The notes under the pieces were generated by a model. That model ran no database searches, had not been told where the DNA came from, and saw nothing but the letters and a program-made list of their open reading frames with translations. A stretch of DNA of 48,801 nt from Desulfurococcaceae archaeon (GTDB lineage Archaea; Thermoproteota; Thermoprotei_A; Sulfolobales; Desulfurococcaceae). The position numbers and the translations under genes are program-made. The DNA is taken from NCBI GenBank assembly GCA_038888155.1, contig JAWAJB010000006.1, forward strand, positions 1 to 48,801, in the 5' to 3' direction. Below, piece after piece: positions 9,077 to 19,750 of the stretch (the first letter of the stretch is position 1; each line of letters opens with the position of its first letter).

Positions 9077-10042
9077 GAGCGCTCCTACACACCCGCGGTG
9101 CAGGCCGTTAAAAGCCCTGCACTTATCCTGCGTTATTGAAATTCGGTGTTGTCTTGCTAAGTTTTTGAGGACAGCAAATTAAATACCTCAGAGTTGACTT
9201 CCCAATAAACACTCAAGGACCCTTAGAGCTGTGGCCTCCCCATTTTACCTATTCAACCTATGTATGTGCAAAACGCGCTAAAATAGTCACTTTGCAGATG
9301 TTGCGCTTGAACAACGAGTAGCACTGGTGTCCTAGCCTTTAGGTGGACACAATGACTAAGAGTGAGTTTCAATACACCAATGGGCTCCCCTGACGCAACT
9401 AGCAATTTCGTGAATCGTTGATGATGTATGAGATCTTAAAATAGACCAGCTTATTCAAGCTAAGATGAAATTAAAAACTTTTAAATATCTCAAATTATTT
9501 TCATTGCTCGCTATCGCTGAACGCGTTAAAGCGTGAGGAGAATCCGAGAGCTACTTTCGTGGGGTACCATATTCTCTTTGGAAGCTCGTCTGCGAGTAAA
9601 ATCCTGTAAACACTTGTAAATGGACAATTTAATATCGAGCGCTGGAAATTTATCCAGAGAAGCTTGGCACCGAGGTGTTGATAAAAGTACATTATCCAAA
9701 GCGTCCTTAAGGATTGACCTAAATGCAGTGAAGCGCTGAAAGTTTTCTTTTTCCCGCAGATTAACAAAGCAGTGAGTTGCCCTGGGAAACTTTTTTGCAT
9801 TCACGTAATAGTAGCATAAAGCCCATGGGGGCGACGCGAATTAAATGAGCGGTAATTGCACTTACTGCAACTAAGAGCAGAGTTAGTTCAGGAAAATTAA
9901 ACGAGCGCACTAAATTGAAAATGCTTGACTTGAACAGTGTTCTTCTCCTGCTAATGAATGCTCTTATGACGTTCAGATTTGAGGAGAAATCGATTTAAAA
10001 AATACGAGCAAGCTAATTGACTGATGCTCTCAGACGCTTGAT

Positions 10043-10921
10043 CTAGTCTGCCTTCACCTCCACTTTATATCCGCTGTGAATTTTACGCATCCTATTTCGA
10101 TATTTTACAAGTAACTCAGCTTCCCCCCTCAGCCCTGTGCAGTGACCTGTGTGTACTTCAGAGACTCCCTCACCCGATAACTCCTCAATCACCGTCTTCG
10201 TTGTTTCCTCATCTGCATCAGCGAGGTGAAACCCTCCAACTATCACTAAATCCTCTGCTCTGGCTGTCCTCCTAGCCTGCCTAGCTATGTTTTGTACCCC
10301 TGAGTGGGAGCACCCAACAGCGACGATTACCTTATTGCCAACTCTAATCGCAATTCCAGTATCATCCATCATAGGATCATCGACTAGCTGATCATTGTAT
10401 AAAGTCTTGAATCCCTTGACTGCGTATTCATTGCTGTAGTGCCTCTCTATTTCGCCTAAAAACCATATGTCCGGGGCTAGCTCTAGGGGGGTCTTGATCA
10501 AAATTAGCTCGAAGGCGCTTAGGGCCCTCCTAGCTCCAAGAGTCAGGCCGACGTCAAACCTCTTAAAACCCTTTGAGTCAGCGTAGCAAGGCTTCATTAA
10601 TGCTGGGTGCGCTAAGAGCGGCTTGCCTCCTAAAGACTCAACTGCCTTTTGAAGACCACCTGTGTGGTCGTGGTGTCTGTGCGAAACGACGAGGACGTCT
10701 ACTTCATTTATTTTTACTCCTAATCTTGTGGAGTTCTCGGCTAAAACGCTTCCAGATTCACCAACGTCTAGCAGGATGTTGTACTTCCTCCCGCTCTCGT
10801 ACGTAGCAGTTATTAAGGCGCTGAAGCCGTGTTCACCAAGGAGCTTTGTGAAGCCCGTGTAGTCATCAACTAGGATTAAGGTCTCGACCATAGCTACTCT
10901 CTCCTTAGATGTAGGAGTCAT
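10043..10921 (-). CDS. Metallo-beta-lactamase-fold hydrolase
   Basis: EHGFS, LLDVG, SHRHHDHTGG, GCSHSG, GGFHL, GHCTG motifs. Confidence 0.88.
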   Translation of the reverse strand: MTPTSKERVAMVETLILVDDYTGFTKLLGEHGFSALITATYESGRKYNILLDVGESGSVLAENSTRLGVKINEVDVLVVSHRHHDHTGGLQKAVESLGGKPLLAHPALMKPCYADSKGFKRFDVGLTLGARRALSAFELILIKTPLELAPDIWFLGEIERHYSNEYAVKGFKTLYNDQLVDDPMMDDTGIAIRVGNKVIVAVGCSHSGVQNIARQARRTARAEDLVIVGGFHLADADEETTKTVIEELSGEGVSEVHTGHCTGLRGEAELLVKYRNRMRKIHSGYKVEVKAD

Positions 10922-11685
10922 GCCTCAAGTACCTCGCATATATTGTATTGCTAAGGTACTCTATAACTCTTCTTGATAGCGTATGCCCCATTATTGCTTA
11001 GGCGAGGTACTATTGCGAGACAAACTTAGAGCTCTAGCTGCACATAAGTGTGGGGAAGGCGAGTCTGTATAGAATAATTCGGGAAACACGTAGTAATTCG
11101 CCTAGAACACTAGCTCGAACTAGAAGAGAGGGGCTCGTCTTTTTATTTAGACCTCTGCCAAGAGTAGGGACGTGATGCGCTTAAGTTAACAGTAGCCAAG
11201 ATTTGGCGCGCAATTGTCTATTTGGGATTTGGATTTTTGAAATCCAAAAAGTGTTTTTGATTTTGTGGGCACTTGTCCTTCTTACTGCAAACAGAGCATC
11301 CACTGTTTTACTGTCTAAGTTCACTATTTTAGAGGTTGCAATAAGTAAAAAAGATGAACACAGCGAGAGATTACTTCGTGCACCCTCCCATCGAGGGAAT
11401 TTTTGACCACTTTCGCATGTTCGGGGCTAGCTTCTAATAGCGAAATAGTGTACGGAAATATGGTTCTCAAGTTGGAAGAACGCATCAATAGCTTAACCGC
11501 AATATACGCAGGTGAGCCAACCAATAATTTTTTAAAACCTCTAAGGCGCCTCTAACGTAGCACCTAAAGATAAGTTCGTACACTAGTTTCGCGCTCTATA
11601 TTGAGGAGCATACGAACTATGAGCGAGGACAAAGATTTCTCCACATCTCAGAAGAGAGGTAGCTCTGCCCCAAAGAACTCTATTA

Positions 11686-12099
11686 TTAATTGGAGGGTGA
11701 AGAGCAGGTCTTCGCCCTAAGCAGCCCTAGTCCATAGAAAAATATAAGGGCGCCTGCAGTAATGAAGCCAATCCCTAAGAATACCGTTGCATAGCGTTGC
11801 AATAGATCGGGAGCTACTATAGAGAAGACTCCCCCCGCTATGAATAAAGTGCCTATAATGACCATTGTTATTCCGCCAACTCTCATGGGAATCTCTATTT
11901 TAACCCTCTTTTCCTCTATGACTACAACTTCGTTCAATAGAAAACCAAGGCCCATGCCAATGAACATTGAGGAAATAAAGGCAAGCGGACTTACTGGAAT
12001 TAGTAAAAAACCTATGCCCATGCCAATGAATAAGAACACAGGGAATAGTGGAGGCTTTCGCTTTGCTTTAGAGGTATTATCGCTCAAATATAACACCAC
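11686..12099 (-). CDS. Small integral membrane protein (about 4 TM)
   Basis: Repeated FIGMG(I/L)GFLL hydrophobic segments. Confidence 0.7.
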   Translation of the reverse strand: MVLYLSDNTSKAKRKPPLFPVFLFIGMGIGFLLIPVSPLAFISSMFIGMGLGFLLNEVVVIEEKRVKIEIPMRVGGITMVIIGTLFIAGGVFSIVAPDLLQRYATVFLGIGFITAGALIFFYGLGLLRAKTCSSPSN

Positions 12100-12238
12100 T
12101 TAGTTACTTGTCAAACAGGCTATTAAGTGAAATACTACCATAAATTAAAAAATAAACGAGTTGATATGATAAATTTAATATATGAATTTATATCTTGAAA
12201 GATGGGGATTTAAAAAAATAAGACGAATTTACCTGAGC

Positions 12239-15200
12239 TTATATAGCTTTTTGAACGAGCACAGTTAACTGATTTGTAAAGCTCCACGAGTAAAGGAACT
12301 CGTTGTTATTGTAGAACGGCCCACTGTATGCTCTTACTCTAGGGCCAGTGTTGATCACATATGTTCCCCAGCTGGAGAACTCTAGCTGGCCTCCTGGGTT
12401 CATTCCCGGTGCAACGTACACGACTAAGGTAGCTGACTCTCCTGGGTTTAGCCAGCCTATTTCCCACCTTATGCTAACGTCGTACGCCTTTCCGTCGTTA
12501 GTTGTGCCTTTCCCTTTTCCTGGGTTCGTTCCCTGCTGTTGATCTCCAATGTGTAGAGTTGCAATTGCAGTGCCTTGCGAAGGCGATAGCACTAGTCCAG
12601 AGCCCAGGTATGTTGAATATCCAGCGTAATCTATCTTAAAGCTAGTCCCGCCGTTGAGCGTCAATACTTTCGATATCGGGTTAAATGCTGTCGGTGTTGC
12701 ATTTAAAACAAGTAGGTTTGCACCCCACTTGTCCCATAGCATATAGTAGTGCCCCTCATTATCCTTGTTTACCACAGTGTATGTTACTTGGAACCAAACA
12801 CTTGGTCCTGTCTTGATGTAGAACAATTTTGCGGTAATAGGGTCTACAATGCTGGGAGGAGTATAGCCATTCAAAGCTCCTGCTCCAGTAAATTCTTTGA
12901 GGAACCTAACTACTTCTTTGTTCCCGAAGTTAGCGTCCGTTAAGTTTGCCCCCGAGGTTATTGTTATGCTGTAAGTTCCGGGCGCTGACGGGTATGTTTG
13001 CACCCAGCCGGTTTGTAATTCCTCGCTGACTGTATATGTTCCTGGTAGAAGGTCTGCGAACTCATAGTAACCGCTTGCATCAGTTAGCGTCCACTTGTTT
13101 GCTGCACCTGTTAAAGTTATGTTCCATCCCTGTAAAGCTGGCTCTCCAGCATCCCATATGCCATCGCCGTTTAAGTCGTTGAACTTATATCCGCTGATCG
13201 TCCCAAGTTGGAAGTTGTGGAATGTCCAAGTGTACTCTTCCCCGCTTGTAACGAAACCAAAGTTGTGCCTTGTCGAGGCATCTAGTGAAATCCATCCAGT
13301 AGGCACTTTCTCTATTACGCTGTAGTTTCCCGGACCAAGGTCAATCCACATGTAGCAGCCATTAGAAGCTGTTGTAACATTTGATATTGACAACCCGTTC
13401 ATAAAAAGCTCTAGTTCCCAATCAGCAAGTGGCATTTGATCTTCAGTTGTTGCTAAATTGCCATCTATATCATTTACTTTGCATACTGTGATATTTACGT
13501 TGTTGAAATTATAGAAGCTGTTATCTCGTTCAGAGAAACCGCTGGTTACGTTAAACTCATAATATCCTTCTACTGGATACGTCATTGTCCAGCTTGCCTG
13601 TAGGCTCTCGTAAACTCTGTATAAACCAGCAGTCAAATCTGCGAACTCGTAGTATCCATCTATGCCAGTTAAAGTGCTACCGATTTGCTCAAATGCGGTC
13701 CCATTCCACTTGTATAGCTCGATTGTCCATCCCTGTAAGGGTGTGTCATCAGCTGAGGGACCGCTTCCAGCTCCATCCTCGTATTTAAAGCCTCCCTTAA
13801 CACCTAGCTTGAAGTTTGTGAAAGTGATATCGTAAACACTACCACTTTGAACAACTCCAACAGCATAGCTCGTTGCGCTAGTGTTTATCCAACCTATTTG
13901 CATGAGCTCTTCGACCGAGTAGCTACCCGGTCCAAGATCGTTCCACGAATAACATCCGCTAGAATTAGTAGTTTTAGCATCAAAGAGATTTCCGTCCTTA
14001 TATAAGTACACAGTCCAGCCAGCTACTGGTAAGTCGTCAGCCGAACTTCCATTGCCGGTTATGTCTTCAAGCTTGCAGACCGTAATATTTACGGTCTTGA
14101 AGTTTGTAAACGTTAAGCTGTAGTCTCCTCCGCTTTGTATTATGCCCAAGTCATAGCTCGTTGCGCTAGTGTTTATCCAACCAGCTGGAATGTTTTCTTT
14201 CACTGCATAGCTACCTGGTCCTAGGTTTGTCCAAGTGTAGTTACCAAGCGTGCCAGTCTGCATAGTTGATACTGGTAACCCATCTTTGTAAAGCGTGATA
14301 TCCCAGCCAGAGAGCGGGACATCTCCTAATGAGTAGCCGTCTCCTGTGATATCTTCGTACTTAAATACTGTTATGTTGACTAGCTTAAAGTTTCCGAAGT
14401 TGAGGTCCTGAACTATTGATCCCGAATCAATGTTAACAGAGTACGCCCCGCTAGCAGGAGCTGTTTGCACCCAGCCGGTTTGTAATTCCTCGCTGACTGT
14501 ATATGTTCCTGGTAGAAGGTCTGCGAACTCATAGTAACCGCTTGCATCAGTTAGCGTCCACTTGTTTGCTGCACCTGTTAAAGTTATGTTCCATCCCTGT
14601 AAAGCTGGCTCTCCAGCATCCCATATGCCATCGCCGTTTAAGTCGTTGAACTTAAAACCAGATGTTTTGCCGGGCTGAAGGTTGCCGAAGTTTTTGCCAG
14701 TTATTACGCGATTTTCCTCGGTTATCGTGACGTTGTAGTGAAAGCCAGTTGATGGATGCGTTTGCATCCATCCAGCTTTGAGGATTTCAGTGATGTTGTA
14801 GGTGCCTAACGGCAACCCAGTGAAGGCATAGCTACCGCTTGAAGTTGTGTTAATTTGAGACACTATGTGGTGCCCGACTGCGTCGTACCCATCGAGAATT
14901 ATTGTCCAGTTAGCTAGGCCGGGCTCTCCAGCATCCCATATGCCATCGCCGTTTAAGTCGTTGAACTTATATCCGCTGATCGCTCCAGGCGCGTATGAAA
15001 CGGGTATGCTCTGCGTCTCTGTCTTGGTTCCTGTATATACAAGTGCAAGGCCGACTTGGAGTGATGCTCCGGGGAAGTAAGATGCCCCGTAGTGTGGCCC
15101 TGGCACTGGATCAGGCTTGTTTGGACTGAGGTCGGGATCTATTGCATCGAGCACTGTTTTCCAATAGGCAGTTTCAGCTAAGTGAGCTTGAAAATAAATT

Positions 15201-15952
15201 ATCAACGATTCTTTGGGTTTCAATGCAGGGAATCTCCCTGCGTCGAACTGGTAGTAGTTTTGCCTAACGCCTCCCTGATACTTGTAGAACTGATTTTCAA
15301 TGTTGGGAAGAATTGACATGTAGCTAGTTGGGGGAAACCTTGTGCTGAAGTCTATCTCGCTTCTCTTTCCATAATTATACTGCCACAAAATTTCTGCATC
15401 TATGCCAACAGCGTTATTCCCCACGCTGAAGTAGTCGTAGAAAGAATTTACCTGCGGAGGAACAGAGGGGACATTCTGGTTGTTCGTTATTATAAACTTA
15501 AATCCTACGAGATCTCCCTCTGAGTAGCCAGCTAAGTTTCCGCTGACCCAGGTTTTTGATACCATATCCCAGCCTAGCAGCTCGGTAGTCCAGTCTGCAG
15601 TATCAGTGAATATTGTGCTAGCGCTGCTTACTCCATCGGTTGCCTCTACTAAATAGGAACCTGTTATGCCATCGAGACAGTACTCGGCAACGAAGCTCCC
15701 ATTATTGCTTGAAATTACTGTCCACGAGTCCTTTACGTTGTCGGGCCTTGTCACCGTTAAATATATTGTCGCTTCGCCAAGGAACCCAAGGCCATATATT
15801 GTAACTGTTTCCTCGGGTTTATAGTCGCTTTTGTCAGTCCATATTGTTGGTGTTTGCTCGCCGAATGATATTGGTGCGTAAAATGTTGCAATTGAAATCA
15901 GCAGTGTTACTGTTAGCGCAATAATTATTTTAAAATTTATATTATTATTCAT
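12239..15952 (-). CDS. Large secreted adhesin-like protein with seven SdrD-B/CnaB-type repeats
   Basis: Signal peptide, WTDKSDYKPEETV N-terminal module, seven ~97-aa repeats (K-F/Y-N/E-D...GW-x-I-x-L...G-x-Y-x-V-x-E...F-x-N), C-terminal WEIGWLNPGESATL beta domain. Confidence 0.85.
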   Translation of the reverse strand: MNNNINFKIIIALTVTLLISIATFYAPISFGEQTPTIWTDKSDYKPEETVTIYGLGFLGEATIYLTVTRPDNVKDSWTVISSNNGSFVAEYCLDGITGSYLVEATDGVSSASTIFTDTADWTTELLGWDMVSKTWVSGNLAGYSEGDLVGFKFIITNNQNVPSVPPQVNSFYDYFSVGNNAVGIDAEILWQYNYGKRSEIDFSTRFPPTSYMSILPNIENQFYKYQGGVRQNYYQFDAGRFPALKPKESLIIYFQAHLAETAYWKTVLDAIDPDLSPNKPDPVPGPHYGASYFPGASLQVGLALVYTGTKTETQSIPVSYAPGAISGYKFNDLNGDGIWDAGEPGLANWTIILDGYDAVGHHIVSQINTTSSGSYAFTGLPLGTYNITEILKAGWMQTHPSTGFHYNVTITEENRVITGKNFGNLQPGKTSGFKFNDLNGDGIWDAGEPALQGWNITLTGAANKWTLTDASGYYEFADLLPGTYTVSEELQTGWVQTAPASGAYSVNIDSGSIVQDLNFGNFKLVNITVFKYEDITGDGYSLGDVPLSGWDITLYKDGLPVSTMQTGTLGNYTWTNLGPGSYAVKENIPAGWINTSATSYDLGIIQSGGDYSLTFTNFKTVNITVCKLEDITGNGSSADDLPVAGWTVYLYKDGNLFDAKTTNSSGCYSWNDLGPGSYSVEELMQIGWINTSATSYAVGVVQSGSVYDITFTNFKLGVKGGFKYEDGAGSGPSADDTPLQGWTIELYKWNGTAFEQIGSTLTGIDGYYEFADLTAGLYRVYESLQASWTMTYPVEGYYEFNVTSGFSERDNSFYNFNNVNITVCKVNDIDGNLATTEDQMPLADWELELFMNGLSISNVTTASNGCYMWIDLGPGNYSVIEKVPTGWISLDASTRHNFGFVTSGEEYTWTFHNFQLGTISGYKFNDLNGDGIWDAGEPALQGWNITLTGAANKWTLTDASGYYEFADLLPGTYTVSEELQTGWVQTYPSAPGTYSITITSGANLTDANFGNKEVVRFLKEFTGAGALNGYTPPSIVDPITAKLFYIKTGPSVWFQVTYTVVNKDNEGHYYMLWDKWGANLLVLNATPTAFNPISKVLTLNGGTSFKIDYAGYSTYLGSGLVLSPSQGTAIATLHIGDQQQGTNPGKGKGTTNDGKAYDVSIRWEIGWLNPGESATLVVYVAPGMNPGGQLEFSSWGTYVINTGPRVRAYSGPFYNNNEFLYSWSFTNQLTVLVQKAI
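12995..14982. repeat. Identical intragenic DNA repeats
   Basis: 12995-13187 = 14462-14654 (193 bp); 13140-13200 = 14922-14982 (61 bp); 13864-13894 = 14152-14182 (31 bp), compared by eye. Confidence 0.9.
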
Positions 15953-15974
15953 TTAGTTTACCTTTATCTTTGAT

Positions 15975-16084
15975 TTGGAGCTAAAAGGAGAGAACTTTTG
16001 AAAGAAGCTACCTTCTCTTAAAAGCTTTCTCTCCAAATAACTCCAAGTTATACTTTAGAGATATATAGCCTTATAACCTTTTCG
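15975..16084 (-). promoter_or_regulatory. BRE/TATA promoter and hairpin-forming 5' leader of the adhesin gene
   Basis: Minus strand CGAAAAGG-TTATAA at 16084-16071; long imperfect inverted repeat at 15975-16046. Confidence 0.55.
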
Positions 16085-16592
16085 TATATTTTTACTTCTA
16101 TTACATAAATTTGTAAAACTAATTTAGGTGAATAAAAATTTTATTTTATGATCTTAACAATGTGCGCTAATACTAATGTGTTCATACACATTCTGTTCTT
16201 TTTATTTTGTTATTTTCTCGGCCGAATATAGGATGAGGAAATCAATTGATGTCTAACTTTTAGATCTCATAGAAGTATGTCAATGAACTTTATGTCTCTT
16301 TTTTCCCCTAATGTAACCGCAGAAGAGAAATGCTGGCGAATTTTTATCGGTCTACGAGGTAGGAGAGGTGAAACAAATTCAGTAATAACATCAACTCTGT
16401 TATAATGAATAATGAGGACTTAGTTGTAAGTAAGTAAAAGTGACTTGCTTTTGCCTTTGTCCTAATATAAAACTAATCTAACTCTGTAAACAGGCGCTCA
16501 GTTTATTAGGGGTACAAAATCCCTATTTATGCAATTTAGGAGCGTCCCCGCTAGGACTCTAAACCCGGCTCTTAATGTCCCAGCAACGCAAC

Positions 16593-17360
16593 TTAAATTA
16601 CCTCAAGTATAATCAAGGACAAAAGGAACCCTCCAATGAGACCAGCTGTTGCAAGTGCCTCGTAGTTGTACCTGTGGGTTTCTGGAATTACTTCATGGCT
16701 TATTATATATATCATTGCACCAGAGGCTAAGCCTAGTATAAATCCCTCCAGGGCAAGTAAGCTAGTTATTAAAGCAGTGAAAACGGCCATTAAGGTCTCG
16801 CTTAGTCCACTTAAAAGAGCTATGATTAGCGGCCTGCTTTTCTTTCTACTTATCATAGAGAGGGGAAAGGAGACAGCGTAGCCCTCTGGGACATCCTGTA
16901 GGGCAATACTTACTGCTGTGGCTAACCCTATTTCAACTCCTAAGTACGATGAGGCCCCAACAGCCATTCCCTCGGGGATGTTGTGAATTATTATCCCTAA
17001 AATTATTAAGGACACAGCCCTAAGCCTGGATTTTGAAATGGGCGTCCCCTCGTAGCCCTTGAACAAATGCCCGTGCGGTATAAACTTCTCAACCAAGCCT
17101 ATAAGAACTGCCCCTAGGACGAACCCAGACAAAGCAATTTTCATATCAGACTTCTCTATTCCCACAGGCAATAACTCATAGAGAGAAGTTGCCAGCATTA
17201 CGCCTGCACTTAAGCTTAAGCCGAAATCGAGCCACTTTTCGCTAGCTTTTAAGCCCATTAGTCCGAGCAAACCCCCTGCCCCTGTTGCTAAAGCCGGTAT
17301 TAGGCCATATGTAAGCGCTCGAAGCAGATAATCCTCCGCTACGAGGTTCCCTAAGTACAT
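16593..17360 (-). CDS. ZIP-family (ZupT/GufA) divalent metal transporter
   Basis: HNIPEGMAVG and LQDVPEG motifs, HEVIPETH, about 8 TM. Confidence 0.92.
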   Translation of the reverse strand: MYLGNLVAEDYLLRALTYGLIPALATGAGGLLGLMGLKASEKWLDFGLSLSAGVMLATSLYELLPVGIEKSDMKIALSGFVLGAVLIGLVEKFIPHGHLFKGYEGTPISKSRLRAVSLIILGIIIHNIPEGMAVGASSYLGVEIGLATAVSIALQDVPEGYAVSFPLSMISRKKSRPLIIALLSGLSETLMAVFTALITSLLALEGFILGLASGAMIYIISHEVIPETHRYNYEALATAGLIGGFLLSLIILEVI

Positions 17361-18613
17361 GGTAATCCACCTCTACCGTAAGACAATCGCCTTTATCTCT
17401 ATAAGTGTCCCCAAAGTAAAATACGCAAGCCTAAAGATAGGGCCAAAGCTCGAGTATTAGCCGGTTTTCAATAACCGAAACGTAAAGCCTATGAAATATT
17501 TCAGCCAAAAGAGTGCGCGGTGCCTTCACCTATTGTGAGATGATCATATGTTTAAGGAGTTGTAGCAACGCGCGTTACAACCTCGCAACAAAATGATATA
17601 TCCCCAAGTGAGTTTTTATGGTGAGCGGGGCGATACTTGCAGTGAGAGCTTATAGTGTAGTTTTTACTGGGGAAAATTCTCTACATTAAAATGCTTTTGT
17701 AGACCTTCACGCTGTTAATGAAAGCGAAAGGAATAAATTTGCCACACATAGGGTCGTTGCTGTTACTTCACATCCACTCCTACTACGCATACAAGGTCAT
17801 AGTTTGCGTCACCTGCAGTGGTTTCACATTGATCGCATTAACAACTATAGAACTCCATGAATAGGTTGTCGAAAGAACACGCTTAGAGTTTCATTATAGT
17901 GATTCTCTCGTTTGCTTCACATTCAATCGAACATGCGTTGGGGTTATTCTTCTACAACGGGGAGGTGGGGCTTGGTGGATAGAACAGAGGTCGATAATGT
18001 AGGATATATGAACTAAACACTATACACTAATTGCGCGAGCGGACCTGAGTGGTCAATTTCTCCATAACCCGTGTGCGCAGATATATGCTTACTGCTCTTT
18101 CTTAGTATTCAACTGTGGTCGGCTAAATTTTTGAAGAAAGCGAGGGGAAAACGGCTTCTCTTTACCCGCATAAGTTGCCCAATTATGGGGGCAATTCGAG
18201 AAGCCTCGCAAATTAATTGAGCCTGCGGGACTGGACTGAATGAAGGGGGCTGTGAGAAGTTACTCGACTATGTTGATACCAACCTGGGCTCCCGTAACTC
18301 GCTGCATGTGTCGCGCCGAGACTGATAAAAAACTTACTGATCTCTCGAATGCTATTTTTCAAGCAAAAGCTTTGATACTTAAAATTCTGGGCAGGATCTA
18401 TTTCATTAGTGATCATTGGGCTCGTGGAAGTTTAATCAAATATGCTTTTTGTCCTTTTTTTTAACAATAAGCTGTGAGTCCTCGAACTTAAAGAAATGCG
18501 TAAACCACGAGGATTTGGCTTGACTAGAGTGTTGCACAATAGCGAGCTCTTGCAGAGCGAGCATGAAACGGTTTTATTTTTAATTAACAATTTATGATAT
18601 TGGTGTTATCGAC

Positions 18614-19750
18614 TTGCCTAGGCACTTATTGATGATACCGGGTCCATCCATAACAGATCCCCAAACTCTACTAGATATGGCTCAACCAACAATGAGCCAC
18701 GTTTCAGCCGAGTTCGACGATATGCACAGGAGGTCTCAAGAGATCCTCACGAAGGTCTTTGGGACCCACGGCAGAGTAGTCATTATACCTGGCAGCGGAA
18801 CAGCGGGCTTAGAGCTTGCTATAAGAACCTCAATTCGGCGTGGAGAGAGGGTTTTAGTGTTAAAGACGGGATATTTTGGAGACTATCTAGTGGATGGAGC
18901 CAGGAGCATTGGAGCAGAAGTTAGCGTAGTTCAATCGCCCTTAGGAAAGGGCTTCAAGGGGGCTGATGTAGAGCGATTGCTCGAGCAGGGAAAATATAAT
19001 GCAGTGATGTTTCAACACGTAGAGACATCGGTATCTGTTGCAAACCCAGTTGCTGAAATTTCGAGGGCCGCTAAGAGGAGCGGCGCCAAGGTTATCGTAG
19101 ATGGAGTTGCGAGCATTGGGGGAATGGAGATGAAAATGGAGGATTGGGGAGTTGATGTATGCGTTACAGGTTCCCAAAAAGGGTTGGCGGTTCCTCCGGG
19201 ACTCGCAATAGTGGCATACTCGAGGGAGTTCGCTCCTTTAGCAGATAATGATACTCTGTATTTCAACATTTCTAAGCTCCTAAAGGAAATGGAGACCACG
19301 AGGAACTACTACGTTACCCCCGCTGTAAACATGGTCTACGCTCTGTACTCCTCGCTAAGGAGATTAGAGCAGGAGGGAATTGAGAACCGCTACAAGAGGC
19401 ATAGAGTTCTCGCAGAAGCCGTGCAGAAGGGATTAGAGGCTATAGGGCTTAAGCTCGTCGCCGAGGAGCCTTACAGGGCTCACACTGTGACAGCTGTGTA
19501 CCTACCTGAAGGAGTTGAGTGGGGGAAGTTGTACAACGAGGTTCGCGCGAGAAATGTCGAGATAGCTGGAGGATTAGGAGAGCTAAGGGGCAAGATCTTT
19601 AGGGTTGGGCACATGGGCGAGGTAACAGCAAACGATATAATAGCAACCCTTGCAACAATAGAGAGAAGTTTCTCAAAGCTTGGATATACGTTTGAGCTTG
19701 GTGCATCCGTCAGGGAGGCACAAAAGGTGCTCCTCTTAAATAATTATTGA
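18614..19750 (+). CDS. Class V PLP aminotransferase (alanine-glyoxylate/serine-pyruvate family)
   Basis: LLMIPGP, GSGTAG, HVETS, VDGVAS, TGSQKGL (PLP lysine), FRVGHMG. Confidence 0.92.
   Translation: MPRHLLMIPGPSITDPQTLLDMAQPTMSHVSAEFDDMHRRSQEILTKVFGTHGRVVIIPGSGTAGLELAIRTSIRRGERVLVLKTGYFGDYLVDGARSIGAEVSVVQSPLGKGFKGADVERLLEQGKYNAVMFQHVETSVSVANPVAEISRAAKRSGAKVIVDGVASIGGMEMKMEDWGVDVCVTGSQKGLAVPPGLAIVAYSREFAPLADNDTLYFNISKLLKEMETTRNYYVTPAVNMVYALYSSLRRLEQEGIENRYKRHRVLAEAVQKGLEAIGLKLVAEEPYRAHTVTAVYLPEGVEWGKLYNEVRARNVEIAGGLGELRGKIFRVGHMGEVTANDIIATLATIERSFSKLGYTFELGASVREAQKVLLLNNY

Noticed and set aside
9501-9804. Two overlapping short minus-strand ORFs
   Set aside because: No motifs or RBS and atypical composition; likely spurious.
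11203-11524. Short ORFs and the palindrome TTTGGATTT-N3-AAATCCAAA at 11228-11248
   Set aside because: No recognisable protein family; the palindrome is low-complexity and not near a clear promoter.
12995-14982. Diversity-generating retroelement TR/VR pair
   Set aside because: The repeats are identical rather than differing at adenines, all lie within one CDS, and there is no reverse transcriptase.
17420-17435. DtxR-like box upstream of the ZIP gene
   Set aside because: Only one good half-site (GCCTAA); too weak to call.
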